Assembly (NCBI GenBank): GCA_963805975.1 | Contig: CAWDVR010000005.1 | Location: forward strand, 96,001 to 160,000 | Direction: 5' to 3' | DNA: 64,000 nucleotides | Source: an uncultured Acidobacteriota bacterium | Lineage (GTDB): Bacteria; Acidobacteriota; Thermoanaerobaculia; Multivoradales; SZUA-115 | In this document: piece by piece, positions 43,365 to 52,642 of the stretch | Position numbering within the stretch: the first letter of the stretch is position 1 | Layout of the letters: every line of letters starts with the position of its first letter | Position numbers and translations under genes: made by a program | The notes under the pieces: model-generated | The model's database searches: none | Told to the model about the DNA's origin: nothing | Seen by the model: only the letters and a program-made list of their open reading frames with translations

Positions 43365-43451
43365 CAGCCGAGGGGGGGTGTCCCTGGCGAGCAGCGCAGG
43401 CCGCCCGTCAGGGAGCTCGAGCAGCGCAGCCAGGGACACCCCCATCGGCTG
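43365..43451. repeat. Long intergenic inverted repeat / hairpin
   Basis: CAGCCGA-G7-TGTCCCTGGC ... GCCAGGGACACCCCC-ATCGGCTG with an internal GAGCAGCGCAG direct repeat. Confidence 0.65.
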
Positions 43452-43460
43452 TGCGCCCCC

Positions 43461-44813
43461 CTACTTCTCGGTGAGCGCGGTGACGATGTACGAGCCGGAC
43501 CGCTGGTCCTTCTTGAGCTTGATGATGCCCCGGGCCTCGGCGTCCTGGAGCAGCTCGGAGAAGGTGCTGTAGCCGTAGTAGCCCTCGTTGAACGAGGGTT
43601 TCTTGCGCTGCATGGTCTGTTTGATCATCGAGCCCCAGAGCACGTCCTTGTTCTCGCGCATCAGGGCGAGCATGGCGTCGGTCATCAGCTCGAAGACCTC
43701 GGCCTGCTTCTTCGTCAGGCCGGCGAGCTGCGGCGACTTGACCTGATCGCGCCACACGTCCTCGTAGTAGAGGAACTCGTCGCAGTTGCCGATCAGCAGG
43801 TTCGACGAGGCGCCCTTGACGCCCACGCCGATCACGTACTTGTTGTTCTCCTTGAGCTTCGAGACCAGGGGCGAGAAGTCGCTGTCGCCGGAGAGCAGGG
43901 CGAAGGTGTCCAGGTGCTCCTTCGAGTAGCAGAGGTCCATGGCGTCGACCACCATCTTGATGTCGGCGCTGTTCTTGCCGGAGTAGAACTTCTGCGGGAT
44001 GTCGATCAGCTCGATGGCCGCCTCGTGGAAGGCGCGCTTGAACTCGCTGTAGCGCTCCCAGTCGCAGTAGGCCTTCTTGACGATGATCTTGCCCTTTTCG
44101 AGCAGCCGCTCGAGAACCAGATTGATGTCGAACTTCTTGACCTCTTTCGAGTCGCGCACGCCCAGGGCGAGGTTCTCGAGGTCGCAGAAGAGGGCGATCT
44201 TCCGTTCGTCGTTCACGGCGGCGTTCCTTTCCGGGGCCACGGCGACCACCACCTCGCGGGTGAAGGTGCGGCCGTTGTCGGCGGCATCGTCGTCCACCGG
44301 GCGGCGCACGGCACGCTGGCGAACGGGCCGGGGTGCTGCTTCGACGGGTTCCTCGACCGGCTCATCGTCGATCTCCTGATCGTCCTCCGGCAGCACCACC
44401 GCCGCGCGGCCTCGGCCGCGCGTGCCGCGGCGGCGGCGGGTGCGTGCCCGGCCCGCAGCCGATTCGGGGTCGGCAGGGTCGAGCGCAGCCTCGGCCGCGG
44501 AGACCGTCGGCTCGTCCCGAGCCTCGAGCTCCGGCGGCGCGGCTTCGGGCTCGCGTGCGACCGGCCGCTCGCGCGGCAGGGCTCTCTCCCGCGGGAGGGG
44601 CGTCTCGGGCCGGCCCTGGAGCTCATGAAGGGGTGGGGCCGAGGGCTCCGGCGCCATTTCCGGCGGCGCCGCTTCTGGCCGGGCGGGCTCGGGAGCGGGC
44701 GTCTCGGGCCGCGCACCCTCGCGGGCGTGCTCGGCGTCTTGTTGCTTGGGGGGATCGCGGTCGTTCTCTTCGGGCGTCCCTTCGGCGAAGGGGCGCATCC
44801 ACCAGATACTCAC
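43461..44813 (-). CDS. NYN (LabA/DUF88) domain protein with C-terminal OST-HTH and long disordered N-terminus
   Basis: FCDLEN, GKNSADIKMVVD, SGDSDF, CDEF, FNEGYYGYSTFSELL. Confidence 0.88.
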   Translation of the reverse strand: MSIWWMRPFAEGTPEENDRDPPKQQDAEHAREGARPETPAPEPARPEAAPPEMAPEPSAPPLHELQGRPETPLPRERALPRERPVAREPEAAPPELEARDEPTVSAAEAALDPADPESAAGRARTRRRRGTRGRGRAAVVLPEDDQEIDDEPVEEPVEAAPRPVRQRAVRRPVDDDAADNGRTFTREVVVAVAPERNAAVNDERKIALFCDLENLALGVRDSKEVKKFDINLVLERLLEKGKIIVKKAYCDWERYSEFKRAFHEAAIELIDIPQKFYSGKNSADIKMVVDAMDLCYSKEHLDTFALLSGDSDFSPLVSKLKENNKYVIGVGVKGASSNLLIGNCDEFLYYEDVWRDQVKSPQLAGLTKKQAEVFELMTDAMLALMRENKDVLWGSMIKQTMQRKKPSFNEGYYGYSTFSELLQDAEARGIIKLKKDQRSGSYIVTALTEK

Positions 44814-44978
44814 GTTTCATGTCTCCTTGCCGCGGGCTGAAGTGCCAGGATGGGATCGATCCAAGAGGTCTGCCTCGCAGGCTTACGCCGTGGCCGGCGC
44901 TGGTTCGGGCCCGGAAGGGGCCGTATTCATGGGGGCGGGATGGGCTTCGAGCCCAATGGCTAGTATAGCCTACGCCGC

Positions 44979-45599
44979 GTGCGCCACACGATCGCGCTCC
45001 TGGTGAGCGGCGCTTCCGGCATGCTCTTGCCGCGCCACTTCCTGGCGCGCCTCGCCTCGCTCGACGCGGTGGAGAGGGTCCACCTGGTGGTCTCGGCCGG
45101 GGCCAGCCGGGTGCTCGCCCACGAGCTGGGCCCCGGCCGCACGAGCGCCGCGGAGCTGCTGGCGGCGGCCGGCCTGGCACCGGCCGAGCGCGAGAAAGTC
45201 GCCATCCACCGCAACAACGAGCTCGACGCGCCCATCGCCTCGGGTTCCTACCCGCTCACCGGCACGGTGGTGCTGCCGTGCAGCGCCGGCACCCTCGGAG
45301 CGCTCGCCACGGGCTCGGCGCGCACGCTCCTCCACCGCGCGGCGGCCGTGGCGCTCAAGGAGCGCTGGCCGCTGGTGCTCGGCTTCCGCGAGACCCCGCT
45401 CTCCCTCGTCCACGTCGAGAACCTGCGCCGCCTGCTCTACGCCGGGGCCACCATCCTGCCGCCGATCCCGGCGTTTTACATCGGCACGGAGGCGGGCGGC
45501 GGCGAGAGCCTCGAACGCTTCCTCGACCACTACGCCCTGCGCGTCTTCGATCACCTGGGTCTCGGGGAGAAGGGCGCGCCGGGGTTGCGATGGGGGTGA
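44979..45599 (+). CDS. ubiX: Flavin prenyltransferase UbiX
   Basis: SGASG, IASGS, PCSAGTL, RETPL, PAFY. Confidence 0.9.
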   Translation: MRHTIALLVSGASGMLLPRHFLARLASLDAVERVHLVVSAGASRVLAHELGPGRTSAAELLAAAGLAPAEREKVAIHRNNELDAPIASGSYPLTGTVVLPCSAGTLGALATGSARTLLHRAAAVALKERWPLVLGFRETPLSLVHVENLRRLLYAGATILPPIPAFYIGTEAGGGESLERFLDHYALRVFDHLGLGEKGAPGLRWG

Positions 45600-45618
45600 C
45601 CGCTGCCTCGGGAAGCGG

Positions 45619-46293
45619 CTACTCGCTGGTCGTGAACGTGGTCTCGACGAAGGTGCGATTGCCTTCCTCAGTGATGCTGCCCAGGCCGATCACGTACTCG
45701 GTGCCGGGGATCAGCCAGCCGGCAGGCGGGCTGAACTGAGTCGCTGCGGCGGGAAGGTTGACGGTGAGCACGAGTTCCAGATCTTCTTGCTCGAGCTCCA
45801 GAAAGTAGGCCACCGCGCCTTCGACCGCGGTCCACCGGATGGCCAGCCCCTCGGCCGGGATCTCGGCGCCGTCCTCCGGGAAGGTGACCGTGGCGGGCTC
45901 CGCGAAGTCGTGCGACAGCTCCGCCTCGGCCAGGAGCACCTCGCCGTCGAAGGTTCTGCCGACGAAGCGGTAGGTCCCTTCCGGATAGGCCGCCAGCACC
46001 TCGCCCAGGCTGGGCTCGGGAGTCTCGATCAGAACCTCGCGCGCACCCAGGTTGAGAATGTTGCGCGACTCGTAGCGCACCACCCGCCGGCCGTCGGGCG
46101 CGATGACCAGCAGCCAGCGCAGGCCGCCGTCCTCGGTCTTGAGGTTGATCACCGCCTCGGCGTCCTGGTCCACGACGTTCTGCTCGAGGTGGATCGACGC
46201 CTCCTCGAACTCGTCGGCTCGGGCGAGGCTCGCGCAGGTGAAGAGCGCCGGCAGCATCGGCAGCAGGAACAGCGGGGATTTTATCGCGGGCAT
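45619..46293 (-). CDS. Secreted hypothetical protein with C-terminal Ig/FN3-like domain
   Basis: AGGAG SD, signal peptide MPAIKSPLFLL..ARA, acidic; IRWTAVEGAVAY..PGTEYVI. Confidence 0.8.
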   Translation of the reverse strand: MPAIKSPLFLLPMLPALFTCASLARADEFEEASIHLEQNVVDQDAEAVINLKTEDGGLRWLLVIAPDGRRVVRYESRNILNLGAREVLIETPEPSLGEVLAAYPEGTYRFVGRTFDGEVLLAEAELSHDFAEPATVTFPEDGAEIPAEGLAIRWTAVEGAVAYFLELEQEDLELVLTVNLPAAATQFSPPAGWLIPGTEYVIGLGSITEEGNRTFVETTFTTSE

Positions 46294-46345
46294 CTCAGGT
46301 CTCCTTTCTCGGATCGTCTCTCGGGCCGCGGGGCGGCCAGGAGTC

Positions 46346-46382
46346 AATCTAGAGACGCAAGATGAGGAACGGCTGAAGATCG
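46346..46382 (-). promoter_or_regulatory. OmpR-type direct-repeat box plus -10 element
   Basis: Minus strand CGATCTTCAGC-CGTTCCTCATC, 9 nt, TAGATT; same layout as 48894-48930. Confidence 0.55.
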
Positions 46383-46390
46383 GGCGCCGG

Positions 46391-48805
46391 CTAGAAATCG
46401 ATCGCGACGGCGGCACGCAGCGAGCGGCCGTACACCTCTTCGAGTGCCGGCCGGCCGGCGTCGCCCGCGTAGAGGCGGAAAGGCTCCGCGGTGAGGTTTC
46501 TCGCCTCGAGCCGCCAGCGCAGACCGGAAGGCAGGGAGTAGGAGAGGGCGCAGTCGAGGCGGCGCTGGTCGTCGCGGAAGAGGTCGTCCTGCCCCGCGAC
46601 GCCGATCTCGGTCCGGTAGGGGCCGGCCCAGGAGAGGGCCAGCGTGCCGGCAAACCCGCCGCGGTCGTAGGCGAGGGCCAGGCGGCCCGACCACGGCGCC
46701 TGCCCCGGCAGGCGGAGCGATCGCGGGTCGCCGTCGGCGAGCCAGGCCGCGGAGCGCGTCCAGGTCGAGCTGGCCTCGAGGCCCCACCCGGACCAGAGCC
46801 CCGCTCCCGCCGGCAGCTGCCAGCGTCCCAGGATCTCGACGCCATAGAGCCGGCCCCGGTCGCCGTTTTCCGGCCGCGTCGCGTCGTAGGTCTCGCCGTC
46901 GAGCACCGCTTCGCCGCGCCGCGAGAAAGTGAAGTCGTCGACCGCGCGATAGAAGACACCGGCGCTCACCGCGCGACCACTTCGCGGCCGCCAGTCGACT
47001 CGTACATCCAGGTTCCACGAGCGCGTGGGCGCGAGGTCCGGGTTGCCCTCTTCGATCTCCAGGTCTTCGGCGTCGACTAGGCGGTAGGGGACGAGGTCGA
47101 AGTAGTCCGGCCGGGCGAAGCCGCGGGTGAGCGCGGCGTGGAGATCGAGGCCGTCGCGCACCGCGAAGCTGGCGTGCAGCATGGGCAGCCAGAGCCCGTA
47201 AGAGCGCTCGCCCTTGAGGGGGCGCAGCGTGGGCTCCGCGCCGTCACCGCCGGCCGTCAGCTCGAAGCCACGGTAGTTCGACCGCGTGTGCTCGTAACGC
47301 AAGCCCGGCAGGAGAGTCAGGCGGCCGAGCTTCAGCTCCGCCTGCGCGTAGCCCGCGGCGGTCGCCTCCACGGCGCGGTAGTCGGCCGCCTCCTCCGCGA
47401 GGCCGGTGGCTGCCGCGGTCCCCAGGCTCGCCAGCAGCCGGCGGGCGCTCTCGGGGTCGATCATCGGCCGGCGCCGGGAGCCGTCACCGGCCGCCGCCCA
47501 GTCGAGCAGGAAGATCCCGGCCTCGGGCCGGAACAGGGCGAGCCCCAGGTCACGCCGCTTGGTCTTGTCCCGCGCCTTGACGCCCATCTTGAAGAGAACC
47601 GAAGGGCTCCCGCCGAGCGGCAGGCTGAGATCGGCGGCGGCGAAGGCGTTGCGCTCCCGGGTCTCGTTGCTCTCGACGCCGATCTTGTCGAGCACGAAGA
47701 GGCCAGGTTCCTCGTTCGAGGGCCGGATGATGCCGCCCTCCGCGGCAAACCGGACCTCCTCCTGCACGAAGCTCGTATCCAAGCGGTCCGGCTCGCGCTC
47801 GGCCGCGGCGTTGTAGCCGAGGGAAAGCTCGAGGAGCCCGGAGGCCGCCGGCAGGGCTCCACGGGCGCCGAGCGCCAGGAGATCGCGCTGGAGCTCGGCG
47901 TCCTTGAGCTCGCGCTCGATCAATCCTTCCGCCACGTCGTCCTTCACCCGCCGGCGCAGCTCGCGCGTTTTGCCGCTGCCCCAGAGAGCGCGCAGCTCGA
48001 GCGCCGTTTTCTGCGAGGGCGTGAAGTCGATCGTCGCCGCGGCCCCGGCGCGCTTGGTCTCGAGCTCGTGCTCGCGCCGCTCGAAGCGCTCCGGCCCCTC
48101 GTCGCCGTAGCGGAGCTCGAAGGCATCCACGCTGCGCTCGCCGCTCTCGGCGCTGCCGGCGGCCAGGATGCCGAGCCGCCCATCCCGGAGGCGTTGCCCG
48201 AAAGCCGCCTGGCCGCCGAAGAGCGGGCCGCCCGAGCGCCCCTCGACCCCGGTCACCGCCTCGAGCGCCCGCAAGCCTGCGGCCGGAGCGCGGCGGGTGA
48301 CGAGCTCGATGGTGCCTCCGACCGCATCGGCGTCGCGGTCGGCAGAGAGGGTTTTCGCCACGGCCACCTCGCCGAGGAGCGCGGCCGGGATCAGCGAGAG
48401 GCCGCCGCTGCGCTCCTCGCCGTTGGGCGATGGCAGGCGCTCGCCGTTCAATGTGGTCGCCACCAGGCGCGCCTCGGAGCCGCGCACCAGCGCCCGGTCG
48501 GCCTCGCCCATTGCCCCTTCGACGACCACTCCCGGCAGGAGCGCCGCCGCGTCGGCGGCGTTGCGGTGGGGAGGCTGCGCCGGCCCACCCGGTTGCAGCC
48601 GGTCCACCACCCCCGGCCGCGCCGCCTCAGCCGGCGCGCGGACGGTGACGGCCTCGCCGAACGCCGCCTCGCCCTCTTCGAGCGACGAGGGCGGGAGAGT
48701 CTCTGCCGGCGGTTGCTGGGCCGGCAGGGAAGAGCCGGGCCACGAGGCCGCGGCGAGAAGGAGCGGGATCGCTCCGCGTCGGAGGAGAAGAACGCGCCGG
48801 TTCAT
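46391..48805 (-). CDS. TonB-dependent receptor
   Basis: Plug motifs (LPGV, VRG, DADAVGGTIEL), PGLRYEHT, GNPDLAP, NLT, terminal F. Confidence 0.9.
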   Translation of the reverse strand: MNRRVLLLRRGAIPLLLAAASWPGSSLPAQQPPAETLPPSSLEEGEAAFGEAVTVRAPAEAARPGVVDRLQPGGPAQPPHRNAADAAALLPGVVVEGAMGEADRALVRGSEARLVATTLNGERLPSPNGEERSGGLSLIPAALLGEVAVAKTLSADRDADAVGGTIELVTRRAPAAGLRALEAVTGVEGRSGGPLFGGQAAFGQRLRDGRLGILAAGSAESGERSVDAFELRYGDEGPERFERREHELETKRAGAAATIDFTPSQKTALELRALWGSGKTRELRRRVKDDVAEGLIERELKDAELQRDLLALGARGALPAASGLLELSLGYNAAAEREPDRLDTSFVQEEVRFAAEGGIIRPSNEEPGLFVLDKIGVESNETRERNAFAAADLSLPLGGSPSVLFKMGVKARDKTKRRDLGLALFRPEAGIFLLDWAAAGDGSRRRPMIDPESARRLLASLGTAAATGLAEEAADYRAVEATAAGYAQAELKLGRLTLLPGLRYEHTRSNYRGFELTAGGDGAEPTLRPLKGERSYGLWLPMLHASFAVRDGLDLHAALTRGFARPDYFDLVPYRLVDAEDLEIEEGNPDLAPTRSWNLDVRVDWRPRSGRAVSAGVFYRAVDDFTFSRRGEAVLDGETYDATRPENGDRGRLYGVEILGRWQLPAGAGLWSGWGLEASSTWTRSAAWLADGDPRSLRLPGQAPWSGRLALAYDRGGFAGTLALSWAGPYRTEIGVAGQDDLFRDDQRRLDCALSYSLPSGLRWRLEARNLTAEPFRLYAGDAGRPALEEVYGRSLRAAVAIDF

Positions 48806-48893
48806 CGCTCGAGAGCACTGCGACTCGACCCCTGCGCTTCAGCAGTGCGATTCGACCGCTCGATCCTACATCTCGGCAAGACCATGAGCCGTT

Positions 48894-48930
48894 TCGTCTT
48901 CATCTCGTCTTCATCTTCCTGCTCTAGGCT
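48894..48930 (+). promoter_or_regulatory. Tandem 11-bp direct repeat plus -10 (probable autoregulatory site)
   Basis: TCGTCTTCATC x2, 9 nt, TAGGCT, 6 nt, ATG. Confidence 0.65.
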
Positions 48931-48936
48931 TCCGCC

Positions 48937-49608
48937 ATGAAGCTGCTGGTGGTCGAAGACTCCGAGCGCCTGCGCAGGTCCCTCGGCAAGGGCCTCGAGC
49001 GGGCCGGCTTCGCGGTCGATCTCACCGCCGACGGCAGCGAAGGGCTCGCCTTCGCCGAGGTCAACGACTACGACGTCATCATCCTGGACCTGATGCTGCC
49101 GCGCATGGACGGCCTGACAGTGCTCCGGGCCCTGCGCCGCCAGGGAAAGAAGACCCACGTCCTCATCCTCTCGGCCAAGGATCAGGTCGCCGATCGCATC
49201 CTCGGTCTGCAGTTGGGTGCCGACGACTACCTCACCAAGCCGTTTTCCTTCGCCGAGCTCTGCGCCCGGGTGCAGGCGCTCGTCCGGCGCCGCTACGGCA
49301 ACAAGAACCCGGTGATCTCTGTCGGCGACCTCGAGGTCGACACCGCGGCGCAGCAGGTCTCGCGCGGTGGCGCCCGGCTGGCGCTCGCGCCCGCCGAGTA
49401 CGCGCTGCTCGAGCTGCTGGTGCTGTCGCGCGGCCGCGTCATCTCGCGCGATCAGATCCTGAACCACCTCTACGACAGCGCCGCGGAGGTGTCGAGCAAC
49501 GTCATCGAGGTCTTGGTCTGCTCCCTGCGCAAGAAGATCCAGCCTGCGGGTTCTCCCCCGGTGATCGTCACCCGCCGGGGCCGCGGCTACCTGGTTGAGG
49601 CCGAGTGA
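48937..49608 (+). CDS. OmpR/PhoB family response regulator
   Basis: VVED, LDLMLP, GADDYLTKPF, winged helix, TRRGRGY. Confidence 0.95.
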   Translation: MKLLVVEDSERLRRSLGKGLERAGFAVDLTADGSEGLAFAEVNDYDVIILDLMLPRMDGLTVLRALRRQGKKTHVLILSAKDQVADRILGLQLGADDYLTKPFSFAELCARVQALVRRRYGNKNPVISVGDLEVDTAAQQVSRGGARLALAPAEYALLELLVLSRGRVISRDQILNHLYDSAAEVSSNVIEVLVCSLRKKIQPAGSPPVIVTRRGRGYLVEAE

Positions 49609-51071
49609 TGCGCTCGATCCGCCGGCGCCTCCTCTGGTCGCTGATCGGCGGCTGCGGCCTCCTGGTGCTGGCCGCCGGCTTCGGGTCGAGCCTCCTGGTC
49701 GAGCGCCACCTGCGTGCCGAGTTCGACCGCTCTCTCCTGACCAAGGCGCAGGCTCTGGTGACGCTCACGGTGCAACAAGCCGGCGAGGTGGAGCTCGATT
49801 TCGCCGACGAGTTCATGCCCGAGTTCGAGGCCCACGAGCCCGTGGAGTACTTCGAGCTCTGGCTGGCCGGCGGTACCGTGCTCGAACGGTCGCGTTCCCT
49901 GGCGGAGCGGGATCTGCCCCGCTTCGCCGACCTGGCGCGCGCGCCGCGCTGCCGCGACCTCCGGCTGCCCGACGGCCGGCCCGGCCGGTTGATCGAGATC
50001 GCCTTCGTGCCGCAGCTCGAGGACGACGCCGCGGTGACCGAGAGCGCCGCCGACCCCGGCGCTCCCCCCGGTGAGCTCACCTCGGCGGTGCTGGTGGTGG
50101 CGCGAGGCCGCGAGGAGCTGGAGACGGTCGTCCACCGGCTCCGCGCAACCACGGTCGGCATCGCGCTCCTGCTCCTGGCGGGGATCGCCGCGCTGGTGCA
50201 TCGGGCCGTGGCGGGCGGGCTCGAGCCGCTGAGCCAAATCGGCCGCCAGGTGCAGGCGCTCGACGCCAGCCGGCTCGGGCGCCGGGTCGCGATCCAGCCG
50301 GCGGTCGCCGAGCTGGCGCCGATCGTGGCGCAGCTCAACGCCTTGCTGGCCCGGCTCGAGGCCGCCCTGGAGCGCGAGCGCCGCTTCTCGAGCGACGTGG
50401 CCCACGAGCTCCGTACGCCGGTCGCCGAGCTGCGCAACCTGGCCGAGGTCGGCGAGCGCTGGCCGGACGACCGCGAATCCGTGCAGGCGTTCTTCGCGGA
50501 CGTGGGCGAGATCGCCAAGCAGATGCAGCGCACCGTGACCACGCTCCTGGCGCTGACGCGCCTGGAGGGTGGGCTCGAGCAGACCGAGGCGGCCGAGCTT
50601 TCCGTGCCGGAGCTGATCACCTCGACCTGGGCCTCGCTGGAGCCGGAGGCCACGGCGCGCGGCCTGCGGCTCGAGCTCGCCGGCGCCGCCCCGCCCATCG
50701 TGGCCGACCGCGAGAAGCTGGGGATCATCCTCGCCAATCTGCTGTCGAACGCCGTGGCCTACAGCCTCCCGGGCAGCACCGTGGCGGCCGGCGTCCGCGT
50801 CGAGGGGGGCGGGCTCGAGATCACCATCGAGAACCCCGCCCCCCACCTCACGCCCTCCGACCTGCCCCTTCTGTTCGAGCGCTTCTGGCGCAAGGACGCT
50901 GCCCGCACCAGCGGCCAGCACACGGGTCTCGGCCTGGCGCTGGCGCGCTCCCTCGCCACCCTCCTGGGCCTCGAGCTGACGGCCGCCCTCTCCCCCGACC
51001 ATCGGCTCACCCTGCGGCTGGCCGGGAAGCTCGGCATGGGCCCGCAACTCAAGAAGAAGGAGACGCCATGA
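49605..51071 (+). CDS. Sensor histidine kinase
   Basis: 2 TM segments, AHELRTP, NLLSNA, FERFWR, GLGL. Confidence 0.93.
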   Translation: MMRSIRRRLLWSLIGGCGLLVLAAGFGSSLLVERHLRAEFDRSLLTKAQALVTLTVQQAGEVELDFADEFMPEFEAHEPVEYFELWLAGGTVLERSRSLAERDLPRFADLARAPRCRDLRLPDGRPGRLIEIAFVPQLEDDAAVTESAADPGAPPGELTSAVLVVARGREELETVVHRLRATTVGIALLLLAGIAALVHRAVAGGLEPLSQIGRQVQALDASRLGRRVAIQPAVAELAPIVAQLNALLARLEAALERERRFSSDVAHELRTPVAELRNLAEVGERWPDDRESVQAFFADVGEIAKQMQRTVTTLLALTRLEGGLEQTEAAELSVPELITSTWASLEPEATARGLRLELAGAAPPIVADREKLGIILANLLSNAVAYSLPGSTVAAGVRVEGGGLEITIENPAPHLTPSDLPLLFERFWRKDAARTSGQHTGLGLALARSLATLLGLELTAALSPDHRLTLRLAGKLGMGPQLKKKETP

Positions 51072-51739
51072 GAAAGATCCTGTGGATGGCCGCGATTCTC
51101 GCGCTGGTATCGCTCTGCGGTCCGGTCGCGAACGCCCAGCCCGATCGCCCCCAGCCCAATCGTCCCGAACCGGGCCGCTTCGATCTCGGCCTGCGCGGCA
51201 ACCTGATGGCCGCCGACGGCGAGCCCGCCAACGACATCCCCGGCTGGGGCCTCTACGGCCACTTCCGGCTGAACGAGCGCTGGCTGCTCGGGTTCGCCGT
51301 GGATCTCGCCGAGTACGACTTCGAGGAGCCGGCGCGAATCGTCGGGTTGACCCAGAGCGCGAGCGTGGAGCCGATCGACGTCATCGCCGAATCGCAGACC
51401 GTGAGCGCCTGGATCGAGCGCACCTACCTGCGCCGGAAGACCGATTGGTTCTGGGGCGCCGGCCTGGGGGTGGCCACGATCGACGTGCCGGATGCGACCG
51501 GCCCGCTCGCGGGTGGCGGGCGCTTCGACATCGTGACCGAGGCGGACACAGAGATCGTGGCACAGCTCCTCGCCGGCTTCTCCCGCCGGCTGGGGAACCG
51601 CTGGGCGCTCGAGTTCGCCGTCCGGGCCGATCAGCACTTCGCCGACTGGAAAGTGACCGATCGCGTCTCCGGGAGGACCGCCGCGGTCGACGACTACCTC
51701 GCCTTCGGCGGCTACCTGGGATTCGTCTTCCGGTTCTGA
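51068..51739 (+). CDS. Small outer-membrane beta-barrel protein
   Basis: Signal peptide, alternating aromatic strands, C-terminal GFVFRF. Confidence 0.75.
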   Translation: MRKILWMAAILALVSLCGPVANAQPDRPQPNRPEPGRFDLGLRGNLMAADGEPANDIPGWGLYGHFRLNERWLLGFAVDLAEYDFEEPARIVGLTQSASVEPIDVIAESQTVSAWIERTYLRRKTDWFWGAGLGVATIDVPDATGPLAGGGRFDIVTEADTEIVAQLLAGFSRRLGNRWALEFAVRADQHFADWKVTDRVSGRTAAVDDYLAFGGYLGFVFRF

Positions 51740-51833
51740 GCTGCGCCGAGGCGCGGGCTGGTGACAACGCGCAGAAACCCCGCAAGCGCCCGATGGGAAA
51801 GCGCGAAGGGCGCGCGGGGTTCCTGCCGGCGCG

Positions 51834-52211
51834 CTAGAACGTGCAGCCGTAGGCCGCCATCGAGGTCCGGGCCATCTCCGTCGCCTGCTTGCAGCCTGCC
51901 GCCAGGCCCGCTCTGCCGGCCTCGGTCGAGGCCGCCTGCTGCCAGGCCGAGCGGGTCTGGTCGAGGATGGCACGCACCTGGACGCGGGACGCCTCGGGCA
52001 CGTGGGTGTTCACGCACTCGAGGTACCTCTTGATGTAGTCGTCGCACTCGGCGACGCCGAACGAGGCGACCTCGGTCGAAGCCGGCGGTGGCTCCACCTT
52101 GACGGCCGGAGCCGGCTCCGGGGCCTTGGTGGCGGCCGGTGGGGCGGCCTTCTTTTCGCACGCGGTGAACAGGGTCAGGAAGACCAGGCTCAGCAAAGCT
52201 GCTCTGTGCAT
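51834..52211 (-). CDS. Cys-containing lipoprotein of unknown function
   Basis: Lipobox FTAC, Pro/Ala linker, GVAECDDY...C...C...GC. Confidence 0.78.
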   Translation of the reverse strand: MHRAALLSLVFLTLFTACEKKAAPPAATKAPEPAPAVKVEPPPASTEVASFGVAECDDYIKRYLECVNTHVPEASRVQVRAILDQTRSAWQQAASTEAGRAGLAAGCKQATEMARTSMAAYGCTF

Positions 52212-52441
52212 TTCACTCTCCTCTTTGGATCGTCCGGTTGCACAGCCACTCTCCGCGAAAACCGGGCAAGAGGTGCCACGCTTCTCATAGGGAGGCGAAG
52301 TCACCGCGATCCTATCGATTCTGGCGCATCTTTTTGCGCGTATGCTTGACTTCGTTCATCTCTGGCGCTAGAAACTCTCCGGATCATTCCGCCAAAGTCC
52401 TTGTCTGATCGGCCGCGGCGGTTTGCGGCGAGGAGAGGATC

Positions 52442-52636
52442 GTGGGAACCAGCTATCGCATCCACCCCAAGATCGGCGTCGCCCGGGTCGGCAACAGCGG
52501 CGCTTCACCTCGGACCCGAGCGCGGGGAACCGCGCTCACCGCGAGCTCTACTTCAGCTACTTCCGGGTGCCGGTGCCGCCTGAGCGAGCGCAACACCACC
52601 TTCCTCGCCCAGGGCTCGGCGCTCGGCATCAAGTAG
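52442..52636 (+). pseudogene. Collapsed LodA/GoxA-family CTQ oxidase remnant
   Basis: YRIHPKIGVARVGNS is the LodA/GoxA N-terminal signature; only 64 aa; GAGAGG SD; directly upstream of a lodB-like gene. Confidence 0.8.
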
Positions 52637-52642
52637 CCGTCC

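Noticed and set aside
44979-45599. ubiX without an adjacent ubiD
   Set aside because: The two genes are frequently unlinked, so this is not unusual.
52266-52280. TGGCAC..TTGC on the minus strand as a sigma54 promoter
   Set aside because: The spacer is 3 nt rather than the required 5.
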